DNA from: a virus
IMG/VR virus record: IMGVR_UViG_3300034061_002572
Span: 1-64,000 of that record
Direction: 5' to 3' (one strand)
DNA length: 64,000 bases
How positions within the stretch are numbered: the first letter of the stretch is position 1; each line of letters starts with the position of its first letter. The position numbers and the translations under genes are program-made. Below, one piece after another: positions 28,401 to 37,802 of this stretch. Under the pieces are notes generated by a model. It had not been told where the DNA came from and made no database searches. It saw only the letters and a program-made list of their open reading frames with translations.

Positions 28401-31400
28401 CTGTACCCAAGTCCATTTTGATAAATAGACATTAAAGGTAAAATCTTAAATACTTCTGTTATGTATTCATTTGCTGCTGGATCATCAGACTTAAGAACAT
28501 TTATATCAGCAAGATCAGTAAGGTTAAGATTATATGACTCAGCTAAGTCACCTTTTGCTAAACCTTTATTGTTTAAAGTAAGAATTTTTTCTGCTCCTCT
28601 TGAGTTTGCTTCACTCAATTGTAAGAGTACAGGATATTTATCTTTTAAAGTTGGATACTCATTAATTACACTTTGTACAAGTTTGGTAAATGAATATTCT
28701 TCTGTACCTACAATTGCTTTTTGATTAAAGCTATTTATAAGTGCTCTTTGATTTACAAAAGTTTCATAGTCTCTTGATTTTAACCATCCGGAATTATCTT
28801 TCATTGATGCTTTTGGAAACTTATCCTTAATAAATTCTCTTTCCATAGTATATCTCAAGTATGAAGCAAATGTTTCAAAAGGATCATCTTGTGTTTTAAA
28901 TGGTTTTAAACCTTTCTTTGCATATGCCTCAGGACTTGGAGAACTATCTAAATATGTTTTTGCATTAAATTGTTTTTTCAGTTCTTCAGTATTTATATAA
29001 AAGTTTCCGTCTTTAAACTCAACACCGTTATTTAATTCAGCTGTAGTTTGAACAACTTGAGCTCCTCTGTATATCTCAGGAATATTAACAACTTGACCTT
29101 GAGCATTAATTATATTTGTCATATAGTTCTGATAAATATAATTGACTACTGCATTTTTATATTCATTAATGAATTGTCTTACTCCTTCCTGACCTTTTCC
29201 ATATTTACCTGTAATCTTAGATGCATATGCCGAAATAGCATAGCTTACATACTCATTAATTCTTTTGTTATTTCTGAGTTTGAATAATGGCTCAAGTAAA
29301 TCAAGAACAACTTGGTTGTCAAAGAATGTATTAAGGATTGATTCGTTTCTTAATTTTTCTATTAACTCCGGATCAATCTTAGATAAGTCAGATAGATCTT
29401 CAAGTGCTGTAACTCTTTCAACTATCTCTTGTATAGTCTTAGAAGTTTTAGTATCTGGATTAGATTGTCTCTTTAATGCTTGAATACCTTTAATTTGTTT
29501 TTCAATTTCAATAAAGTGTAAGAACATATCCAATGATTTTTTATCAATAGGATAACCTTCTTTCAATCTGTTTCTCATATCAGCTGTATCAAAACTACCA
29601 GTATTTGCAACTGTAGCTGCTGTATAGTAATTTTTATTTGTTACAAGTGATTGAGCTGGAGCATAGATTACATCATATTTTTGTTTGTCTGGATTGTATT
29701 CTTTAATTGCAGTAATATGATCTATACCTCTATCACCAGGTTTTAATACTTTATCAAGACCGTCTATGATTTCTTTTCCTGTTAATACTTTAGTAAATTC
29801 CTTTGTATTACCATTTGCATCTGTACCATTAAACTTGTATTGATATTTAGTATTCCAAACTAAAAGATCTTTTACATTTTTAATGTTCTCTTCATTTAAT
29901 TTTTTGTATACTGGATCTAAAATATCTCTTGGTACCAAGTTATTAATGGCATTATTAGATGCTTCATATTTTATGTATGAAGGTGACTCTGGTGACTGAC
30001 CACTGAGTTTTCCATATACACTACCTAAAATCTTTTGTTGTTTTACATACTCTCTTACAAGAGGCTGTGATACAAAATTTATAGCCTCATTCTTTGGAAC
30101 ACCTGTTTTAATTAAATAAGCTAAGACAGGTATTACTTCTAAGTTACCTTGAATAAAGAATATCCATGCATCTTTCTCAACATCCACAAGACCGTTCATC
30201 ATCTGTGAATATAAATCAGCTATTGTATCCCCTTCAGCATTTAGAATGTTTGATAATGAGATATTTCCCGCGGCTGTTTTATTATGATTAAGTCGCAATC
30301 TCATATCCATTTCTTCTCCATACTTATCTTCCACGTATCTTTGACGAGACTCATCAAAATAAACTGGTTTGTATTTTAAAGGCATCTTAGCACCAAGTGC
30401 ATTAAAGATTGGACTTAATGAGTTTTCAATAGCTACAATACCAAGACCGGCCTTACCAACCATGTTTACATCATGCTTGTGTAAGTTGTATCCAATTTCT
30501 AATACTCTGGTCGGACTGATTACCTTTTTAGCTTTTCCTTTTTTATCTATAACATACCGATCACCCTCATTATGTTCATTACCAAACTTGTTATAGTCAA
30601 TAACATCTGATTCAAGATCATCTGCAATTTCCTTAAGTAGATAAGTTTCATTTGGTCTTACTAAGTTTGCATAGTTTTCAGGAAGCTCAAGTATACCTCT
30701 GATAGAAGTTATGAGTTTGTTCTCAAGTACTTTTTTCTTTTCTTCAATAAGACCTAACACTCTTGATCTAGCATTTTTGTCATCTGAATTCTTAATGTTT
30801 TCTATTACTCTTTTGAGAGCTTCATTATCAAATTCTTCTGTGCTTTCTCTAAACTGACCTTTCTCATTTATACTTGGCATAAATGTAGTCAACTTATCAA
30901 CGTCAAAGTCAGATCCTGATTTGGCAACAATTTCAGATGGAGGAATGATTATATTACCTGCAGAAGGATGTAAGAAGTGATGTACTTCCATAAACTCCAT
31001 AGAGTTTAGACCCTGAACTGGAATCCTAACTGCTGTTAAGGTAACTGATTTTCTATTAGTTCCAGTATCTAACCAGTCATCATCTTTAATAGCTTCATTT
31101 AGTCTAGCTAAACTTGCATTAAAATCTACTGTACCATCTGCATTATTAACCTCAATGGTTTTATTATCAGGATGTTTTAATTTAAATAGATTTTCAAAAT
31201 CACCTTGCATTGCAATAGCAACTTTCATTGCTGATGTTTTCCCTCCATTATTATCATAAAAAGGAAGGTTATTAGAACCCATGTACTTTCTAATGTCATC
31301 TTCGGTTGCTCCAGTAAATTTATTACTATGACCCCATAGACCATTACTTAAACCACTAGATACTTGTACAAGAGCTTCACCTTTTACTTTTTGTTTTACA

Positions 31401-34400
31401 AGTCTTTTCTCAATAAGTGATACTAAGATTTTTTCAATCTCATCTGCTTCTAGATGTAATGATAAATCTGTCTTTACATTATTGTTTTCTGTTACATTTA
31501 CAAATTTAATATGGTGCTCAGGTATTGCTCTTCTTCCTAATTCATCACGAACTACTTTTAAGAAATCACCTAAGTTACCTACATATTTACCATTCTTATA
31601 CTCATATCCTATTTCCTCAAGTAATTGAGTTTTGAGAATGTCAGAGTATTCATCTACTGTATCTTCATATTGTTTTACAGCCGCCTCAATGTCTGTGTTA
31701 CCTCTTAAATTTATAATCCCTTGTTCATATAGACCTTCAAGAATTAACTTTCTTAACTGAGTAGAGAATACAGTTTTACCTTTAAATTTATTTGGAACAG
31801 ATGTAACATTCTTTAAGTATTCAAGATATATTGTATTCTTAGTAAATTCAATATCAGTCTTTAACTTTTTACTTTCTGGATCATCATATATCTGATCAGC
31901 TTTACCATCTTTAGTTTCACTACCAACTTTAGAACCAGTTTGGAATGTAACATACTGAACTCCTTTCTTCATCATTTGATGGTGAAGTGATTCAAGATCA
32001 GATCCTTTTATTACATTAGGTATCAATGGAATCAAGGCAAATTTATGCATTGCATTGACCGGTAACTCAGTATATGCCAAGTGACCAAAGTGCTGTAACT
32101 TATATGCTGGAAAAAATTCAGATATCTCAGAAGTTGTAACTGGTTTGTTTTGAATAATTTTTTGGAATAGAGCTTCCTGTTTATCCGTCCAATTGTTTTC
32201 AAGCAATCTTAAATTCCTATATGCATCAAAAGTAATGAAACCTTGTGCATCAGTCTCTTCCATTTTTTCATACTTCTCAACTTCTAAGTTTACTCTTCTT
32301 TCAACCTCAGCTTTAAGAGCATCACCTTTATATGATTTACTTAACTTGTTAGTATAATCTTTAGTCAGACCTTTTCTGATTTGCTCAGTATAAACAGACT
32401 TTCTTTCTATATCTCTGAATATTGCAGTATTGAAAGTACCTCTATACTCAGTCCATAGATTCATTTCATTTGCAAATTCAGGTTGTTTCTTTAACTCTTT
32501 TGCATATGAAGTATTTTTTGCAAAGCTATTTATAAAGTTCTGTGCATATACATCAGTTAGAAATCCTTGCCCACCTGATGTAGATCCTGTATTTCTTTTA
32601 TGCATCTCTTCTTTTGCATGGTTATATTGTACCATATCACCATACATAAGGTTTGCAGTCTCAAAGTTATGTATCCAGGAGTTGTATGTAAAAGCTTTTA
32701 CTAAAGCTGATACAGCTTCACTTTGCTTCATACCTAATCCTGTAAGTCTTTTTAATAGTTTAGGATCTATGTAGTTTACCTCAGTAAGATACTTCTCATT
32801 CTTAAGAGCTTGAGCATCAAAGTAATTTTTAATCTCATTAGTAATCTTTTCTCGAAGTTCTGTATTTGTTTGTAAGTATTCTCTTAATGTAGAATCTTTT
32901 ACATTTTTATAGATCTCTTCTTTAGTATCTTGAGTTAATACATTATCAAATGCAGTAAAGACTTGACCAGCATAAAGAATAGGATCACCATTGGCATCAT
33001 ATTCTAAAACTCTATTATATCCACTATATGTTTTAAATAGATCTTGATCAGAATTAAATGCTTGAATTCTTCCTAACTCAGCATCCAAATAGTCTATAAA
33101 GAATTCTTCAACAGCATACTGGTTAGCAATACCATTAGGAGTGAACATGTCTATATCAATATATAGATGTCCATCATCTCCTTTTTCCATTCCTCCAACT
33201 ATATCACCGTTTACCTTTACACCAAATGAAGATGACTTAGAAGCATGTCTCATAAACTCTTGAAGACCACCTTTTAACATCATATGCATTTCTTGCAAAA
33301 ACTTACTATAGATATCTAGTGAAGTAGTATTAGCTCCTTCCGTACCATCAGCAATCTGGGTTCCAGACACATAATTCAAATCCAAAGACTTACCTTGCCT
33401 TCTTTCATAAGTAGCTGTATCAATTTCAAAAATACTGTTTAGAATCTTTGATCTCAAAGTAAAAGAGTTTATCTCTGGATTAAGATAACTCATATACGCT
33501 AACTTGTCAGATCCCCATAATTCTTGTAAATTCTTAGCTTGATTAATAGCATGCACAATCATACTAACTGTATGATCTTCAATGTGTTCAAATACTAGAT
33601 TTCTCTCGGCATTCAATACACTAAAGTTTGAAGAGTCTGCACCATATTTACCTTGAAGTTCTGCAAATCTTTCTATAATATTTTTTTGCTTGAACTGTTC
33701 TGTTCCAATAACACCTGCCGGAATTCCTTTTTTCAATACTCCAACAGGATCTAGTTTAAAGTCAGCTATTGTTTTTAATTGATCTCTAGTGACTTTATTT
33801 TTTTCTTTATTAGATAGTTCCTCAAGTTCAGAAAGTTTTTTAACTGCCTGATAAATATACTGGAGACTATAGAAGTCTTTATTTTTATTAAGCTCATTCT
33901 TTATAATTGATAAATCATCAAGATATAAACCAATGGCTCTTGCAAATTCAAATGACTTTGTACTATCAAATGCACCACTATCTTTTCTTCCAAATTTTTC
34001 AGCAATCTTTTGAAGATCAAGAGAGTTTACATTATTAGTTCTAATAGTATATGGATTGTTTGTATCCGCCTTAAACTTATTTTGAAACTTCCGTATTACA
34101 CTGGAAGTCTCTATTGAAGCTTCTGTAACTTCTAACTCATATCCTTTACCTTCTTTAAATGCCGTAAGCTGAATATATGTTACTCTTGGCTTCTTAAAGT
34201 CTTGCCAGAATGCAGAACTAATTGAAAACTCATACTTATCTAAAGTCTTTGTTGGGTCCGGAAGTTTATAATCAATAAGTTGTTGTAACTCAGGAAATGT
34301 AGTAGAAGCAGCTTTAAGCTTATTATACATTTCAACTCTGTCTTTTGTACCACCTATTGTTCTGGTTACATTATTCCATGTAGTAGTAAAATCAGCAAGT

Positions 34401-37400
34401 TCTTTAAAACCTAGTTTATTGTAAACAAAGTTTTTACCATCTTTCTTAAATAAACTTTTTAGAATGTAAACAGTTTCTTTACTAGCTAGTTCTTGAAGAG
34501 ATTTATCATTAGATATTTTATCACCATACCTTTCACTCTGTTGAGCTTCTTCAACTACAGTTTTATTTTCATCATCTGCATATTCTATTTCAATATACTT
34601 CTGACGAACAATATCAAATGTACTGTTTTCAATATGATACTTTACTAAACCTTTAGTTTCATCACCAAAATTATCTAATCCAATTTGAATGATTCTCTTG
34701 GCATCTTCTAACTGAGATATCTCATACTCTCTTTCAGGATTATTTTCAATAACTTTAATTTGAGAATCAATTTGTTTTAGTCTCTCTCTGAGTTCTTCTT
34801 CAACCATCTCATAAGCAACCTTCTTGTTTCTTTGATCAGTTAAGATTTTTACAGCTCCCGCCTTACTTACTATTTTATCATCATTCTGTTGTTTAGCAAG
34901 TTCAATAGACTCTGCATAAGTTTTATCAATAATATCAGATATAATTGAATCAATACTATTTACTAATACTGCAGAATCTTGAAAGTTTAATACTTCTGAC
35001 TTTAAACCATCAACAGAATTAACACCTCTATCCAGCATGCTGAACATTGCATTATCTACATTTGGTTTATAGATGTTTAGTATTGAGGGATCACCACTTG
35101 CCATGTATAACTTATCATACAATTCCTTGACAGCAGGTATAAGAGTTACATCACCGGCAACTTCTTCTCTTTTGAATACTTTATTAAATAATGACTTTAT
35201 AAAATTTAAAATTCTTCTAAACAGACTATTCTTTACAGGAGTATCTTTTGCAGCTTTTGGATTTAGAACATAACTCCTAAAGTCTTCTGCCAGCATTTCT
35301 TCTAATTCAAAATATGTTTTGTCTTTGTTAGGTTGATTACCTTTAGAATCTGTATAATTTTTTAATTCATTATATAGCTTAGTCTTTTCTTCTTTAGTTA
35401 AGAACAACTGAGAAAATGCATGCCATGCTTCATGGTATACATCTACCATAGTTCCACCATTAGCAGTATCAATATTTATACTTGTATCCGCCAGAGTAGC
35501 TCCAGCAATAATAAAATTTGCAAAAGAATCTGAGTTAACAACATTACTCATTTGTTCAAGCTTGATAAACTTACTTAATGGACTATTCTTCCACCATTTT
35601 ATAGCTTCATCAACTTGTTCTTTGGTAACATTATTAGGTAACTTATTACTTCTGTCCCAGAAAAATCGGTTTCTCAAAGTTCCTTTTGAAGTAGGTGTTT
35701 CTTCAGGTCCTTTAGTATCTTTAGGTTGAATACCTTCTTCAATACTTGGAGCAACTGGGAATGATACACTTTCTTTAAGTATAAAGTCATCGGTACTTGT
35801 CGGTAATACATCCGGTTCACTTTTTACTGCTGAATCTACATTAGTAGGTGCAACCTCTCCAAATGTAAGAGTATCTGTAACTTCTCCTTCTTCTTTAACT
35901 TCAGTAGGTTGAGTAGATGGTTTTTGATCAACTTTTTCTTTAGCTCTATTTAAACTTTCAGTAAATGGAGTATTAGGTCTGAACATAATATAAGAGTTGA
36001 AAACTCCTAGACTATTCTCAGGTGTAAATTTTACTTTAGCAGGAAACTGTTTAATGAAATCAGTATAGTTTGCTCTTACAAACTTACCTGTAGTAGTATC
36101 ATAGTCAGAAAAAGTTTTACCATTAAGTTTAGGTTCAAACTTCATTTTAGAAGTTGAGTATTCACCGTCCTCTCTATATGCATACTTTAATACATTCTCG
36201 ATAATATCTTTTGCATCTGGTTTAGTAAGATCAAGCGCAATAGGATCATTCTTTAATTTATCTAACATAGCTTTATACATTGTATAAGGTCTATAGAAAA
36301 ATGATAGTTTGCCTTCTGCTTTATTATAGAAGACAGCATGTCTTTGAACTGAATAGTCAAGATTAGCTGTAAACTGATTTACATAAATATATTTTTGTTG
36401 ATCGGTTAACTGTGGATTTGTAAGTACTGCAACAATTTTACCTATAAGATTATCATCCATATTAGGTCTATTAACTGCAAACTCTCTGTCATTAATAGTA
36501 ATTACTGCTTGAGATTGTCCAAAACCATCACGAGGAGATTTGATAATATTTAGTGTTTGATATACATCATTTGATACTCCCGGGATATTTGTTAGTTCAT
36601 TAAACTTAACTTCCTTGGTCACATATCCCATGTTTAATCCTTCACTAACACCAGTTATAGAGAAGTCTTCAGTTTTCCCTTCTAGTATATTTTTTTTAAT
36701 ATCATAGAGAATTTTAAACTGAGCTTGCTGTTCAACTTCTTTTTCAGCAATTAAATCTTCAATTGTTTTTCCTGTATCTTTTAATAACTGAGCAGCAAAT
36801 TCTTCTTCAGTCATTTCTGATTCAGCTATTTCATTTTCTACAAGTTGTTTAGGAGTAATGATTTGATTATCAATACCATAGATATCTGTTACTCTATACT
36901 TGCCATCTTCAATTCTGGTGTCTCTTAAAAATTGATAAACCAGTTTTCCAGTTTCACGATTATCAGTAACATGTCCATCTTCATCAAATAAAACAATCTG
37001 ATTAGTATTTTTATCTACTAATACCATTGCAATCATTTCATTTGCTTCAGTAACTCCAGCTCTACCTGTTTTGTTCTTTCTAAATAGAGCACTCTTTTTT
37101 ATTCGGTCAATAGCATACTTATCTAATTGCTCTTGAGGAAGTTCTGTTAATCTTTTAGGTTGAAGCACTAAGTTTTTACCTTCAAAGATTAGATCTGTCA
37201 TTGCATTAAATCCTTCAGGTAATGATCTTCTGATATTATATAGAGTATTATAAATTCTATTTTTTGTTGGTTCAAGTTCTTCAATTGCAAACTCTTCTTT
37301 CTCAGAAGGTTTTTTTGCTTTGAATTGTTGCATTGTTAAACCAAAAGGACTCTTAGCAGCAAGTCTTACATCAGCTTTCTGAATAGGCTTTTGTTCATTT

Positions 37401-37792
37401 GGATTATTCAAGACATTTCCTTGTTGGATTTTAACAAGTGTCTTTAAATTTTTTGGATCAGCAACTGGTTTAAATTGTTTTAGTACACTATCTATTCCAG
37501 TATCCGGATCTAAGAATGTATCTCTTAACTCCATCAAGTCTGTTTCCTTCTTAAGTTTTAATCCTCTCATAGAAGGTTTCATAGCAATTGTACCAATAAT
37601 CATAGGTAACTGCTGAACAAATAATGCCCCTGTTATAGGATCATTCTTCTTGTCATATAAGTCAAAAATTTGTTGCATTAGCTGCTTAGGATCAAACTCT
37701 TCACCTTTTGAAAGTGAAGCATTCATTCCTGAACTAGCTACAATATATAAATTCTTAATGTCCTTTTCGGTTAATACACAACTTGTTTTCAT
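25445..37792 (-). CDS. giant crAss-like virion DNA-dependent RNA polymerase, multidomain
   Basis: 4115 aa; RIPVQG and GSDFDVDKL catalytic motifs, VDVEKD; HEAWH zincin; C-terminal NTase-like motifs. Confidence 0.9.
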   Translation of the reverse strand: MKTSCVLTEKDIKNLYIVASSGMNASLSKGEEFDPKQLMQQIFDLYDKKNDPITGALFVQQLPMIIGTIAMKPSMRGLKLKKETDLMELRDTFLDPDTGIDSVLKQFKPVADPKNLKTLVKIQQGNVLNNPNEQKPIQKADVRLAAKSPFGLTMQQFKAKKPSEKEEFAIEELEPTKNRIYNTLYNIRRSLPEGFNAMTDLIFEGKNLVLQPKRLTELPQEQLDKYAIDRIKKSALFRKNKTGRAGVTEANEMIAMVLVDKNTNQIVLFDEDGHVTDNRETGKLVYQFLRDTRIEDGKYRVTDIYGIDNQIITPKQLVENEIAESEMTEEEFAAQLLKDTGKTIEDLIAEKEVEQQAQFKILYDIKKNILEGKTEDFSITGVSEGLNMGYVTKEVKFNELTNIPGVSNDVYQTLNIIKSPRDGFGQSQAVITINDREFAVNRPNMDDNLIGKIVAVLTNPQLTDQQKYIYVNQFTANLDYSVQRHAVFYNKAEGKLSFFYRPYTMYKAMLDKLKNDPIALDLTKPDAKDIIENVLKYAYREDGEYSTSKMKFEPKLNGKTFSDYDTTTGKFVRANYTDFIKQFPAKVKFTPENSLGVFNSYIMFRPNTPFTESLNRAKEKVDQKPSTQPTEVKEEGEVTDTLTFGEVAPTNVDSAVKSEPDVLPTSTDDFILKESVSFPVAPSIEEGIQPKDTKGPEETPTSKGTLRNRFFWDRSNKLPNNVTKEQVDEAIKWWKNSPLSKFIKLEQMSNVVNSDSFANFIIAGATLADTSINIDTANGGTMVDVYHEAWHAFSQLFLTKEEKTKLYNELKNYTDSKGNQPNKDKTYFELEEMLAEDFRSYVLNPKAAKDTPVKNSLFRRILNFIKSLFNKVFKREEVAGDVTLIPAVKELYDKLYMASGDPSILNIYKPNVDNAMFSMLDRGVNSVDGLKSEVLNFQDSAVLVNSIDSIISDIIDKTYAESIELAKQQNDDKIVSKAGAVKILTDQRNKKVAYEMVEEELRERLKQIDSQIKVIENNPEREYEISQLEDAKRIIQIGLDNFGDETKGLVKYHIENSTFDIVRQKYIEIEYADDENKTVVEEAQQSERYGDKISNDKSLQELASKETVYILKSLFKKDGKNFVYNKLGFKELADFTTTWNNVTRTIGGTKDRVEMYNKLKAASTTFPELQQLIDYKLPDPTKTLDKYEFSISSAFWQDFKKPRVTYIQLTAFKEGKGYELEVTEASIETSSVIRKFQNKFKADTNNPYTIRTNNVNSLDLQKIAEKFGRKDSGAFDSTKSFEFARAIGLYLDDLSIIKNELNKNKDFYSLQYIYQAVKKLSELEELSNKEKNKVTRDQLKTIADFKLDPVGVLKKGIPAGVIGTEQFKQKNIIERFAELQGKYGADSSNFSVLNAERNLVFEHIEDHTVSMIVHAINQAKNLQELWGSDKLAYMSYLNPEINSFTLRSKILNSIFEIDTATYERRQGKSLDLNYVSGTQIADGTEGANTTSLDIYSKFLQEMHMMLKGGLQEFMRHASKSSSFGVKVNGDIVGGMEKGDDGHLYIDIDMFTPNGIANQYAVEEFFIDYLDAELGRIQAFNSDQDLFKTYSGYNRVLEYDANGDPILYAGQVFTAFDNVLTQDTKEEIYKNVKDSTLREYLQTNTELREKITNEIKNYFDAQALKNEKYLTEVNYIDPKLLKRLTGLGMKQSEAVSALVKAFTYNSWIHNFETANLMYGDMVQYNHAKEEMHKRNTGSTSGGQGFLTDVYAQNFINSFAKNTSYAKELKKQPEFANEMNLWTEYRGTFNTAIFRDIERKSVYTEQIRKGLTKDYTNKLSKSYKGDALKAEVERRVNLEVEKYEKMEETDAQGFITFDAYRNLRLLENNWTDKQEALFQKIIQNKPVTTSEISEFFPAYKLQHFGHLAYTELPVNAMHKFALIPLIPNVIKGSDLESLHHQMMKKGVQYVTFQTGSKVGSETKDGKADQIYDDPESKKLKTDIEFTKNTIYLEYLKNVTSVPNKFKGKTVFSTQLRKLILEGLYEQGIINLRGNTDIEAAVKQYEDTVDEYSDILKTQLLEEIGYEYKNGKYVGNLGDFLKVVRDELGRRAIPEHHIKFVNVTENNNVKTDLSLHLEADEIEKILVSLIEKRLVKQKVKGEALVQVSSGLSNGLWGHSNKFTGATEDDIRKYMGSNNLPFYDNNGGKTSAMKVAIAMQGDFENLFKLKHPDNKTIEVNNADGTVDFNASLARLNEAIKDDDWLDTGTNRKSVTLTAVRIPVQGLNSMEFMEVHHFLHPSAGNIIIPPSEIVAKSGSDFDVDKLTTFMPSINEKGQFRESTEEFDNEALKRVIENIKNSDDKNARSRVLGLIEEKKKVLENKLITSIRGILELPENYANLVRPNETYLLKEIADDLESDVIDYNKFGNEHNEGDRYVIDKKGKAKKVISPTRVLEIGYNLHKHDVNMVGKAGLGIVAIENSLSPIFNALGAKMPLKYKPVYFDESRQRYVEDKYGEEMDMRLRLNHNKTAAGNISLSNILNAEGDTIADLYSQMMNGLVDVEKDAWIFFIQGNLEVIPVLAYLIKTGVPKNEAINFVSQPLVREYVKQQKILGSVYGKLSGQSPESPSYIKYEASNNAINNLVPRDILDPVYKKLNEENIKNVKDLLVWNTKYQYKFNGTDANGNTKEFTKVLTGKEIIDGLDKVLKPGDRGIDHITAIKEYNPDKQKYDVIYAPAQSLVTNKNYYTAATVANTGSFDTADMRNRLKEGYPIDKKSLDMFLHFIEIEKQIKGIQALKRQSNPDTKTSKTIQEIVERVTALEDLSDLSKIDPELIEKLRNESILNTFFDNQVVLDLLEPLFKLRNNKRINEYVSYAISAYASKITGKYGKGQEGVRQFINEYKNAVVNYIYQNYMTNIINAQGQVVNIPEIYRGAQVVQTTAELNNGVEFKDGNFYINTEELKKQFNAKTYLDSSPSPEAYAKKGLKPFKTQDDPFETFASYLRYTMEREFIKDKFPKASMKDNSGWLKSRDYETFVNQRALINSFNQKAIVGTEEYSFTKLVQSVINEYPTLKDKYPVLLQLSEANSRGAEKILTLNNKGLAKGDLAESYNLNLTDLADINVLKSDDPAANEYITEVFKILPLMSIYQNGLGYSKYGINKVLPYDQFLLVMENASINFTNRNLNINTFDNIFESLFKGKDYFKNYVQDPENYNSFTNASRIQKDEILSVPILEIDIPKPAVNEIAPGIGSLDFNTLDNEVEPKGMVRNRLSDVLGEEPSQEFLMKLYQNYVNLMGRNKQRAESALPYEKFVGYVKNSNVIKYKDTYIFGTYEPRLNVFVSNMNSSPTSKQFLAEAIPYISKQFDVIGFAPKDVTDKYQRSGYQISKASFRYNFKEENMQKYMYASNPGISMRLFGKPLEEVTADEIKKLNKRELALYAYNRMRNEILKNDKNADVNVIKASLDDLRVPSHIIYNVTRNYETWLNASRNEGTLDPKTGKRANDGSINKKYLEKNLKKLYDFSKVNIDPIDTNLLNRSVPEAENQLNKLLVNYLSSFGIKFEYTDIKEKLGMDSFAVADILNKIGYVQKDNTEDLPNIAGKFIAYMMQHNPLVTETYEALRKYSRYKSSSKDELLDVIGELISEQLHKKTNTEMPKSLIEKIKILIDYFFNLINAIRLKRINRNIGLIADGVLARNKSMIVASNYKPGAEGKPITPVNLQEALDSDPFATAVVDKMSEYFILTGSTTLSEQGSVYRPNENQVHDLDWVSTLTREKGKEIFEELYPNNVYVREIVNKEDGISTDTWLIAPEGYTIENVEFQGKNNKVVGYDIVDAEGKVVSQYIPKTDSHTGDIEAKAIDIFSYDVVTPERTANRPIKLSSGVTLRIADWRNTFAAKIAFGRLKDVWDYNRFTPDEYIETGEPDLSENFIDMGEFKKVSKEDGTLADQKMRQMADGALVESVESVSSSQTTLRVVQKKIKDQLPEELKPNVVAQIKGRARLVAPMSHIENPVIMLARNYSLRNKPLDAPVKEAINAFISKKATFIFGNSSADRPFLEYLMSKNYNNFTIYGYTSKSNDNRITPEELKPQSTESLEEPTFEKSDVEILNSAEFGQFFNQEILKNPELSVDEVLEYYKKCKLG

Positions 37793-37802
37793 TTACTACT
37801 GA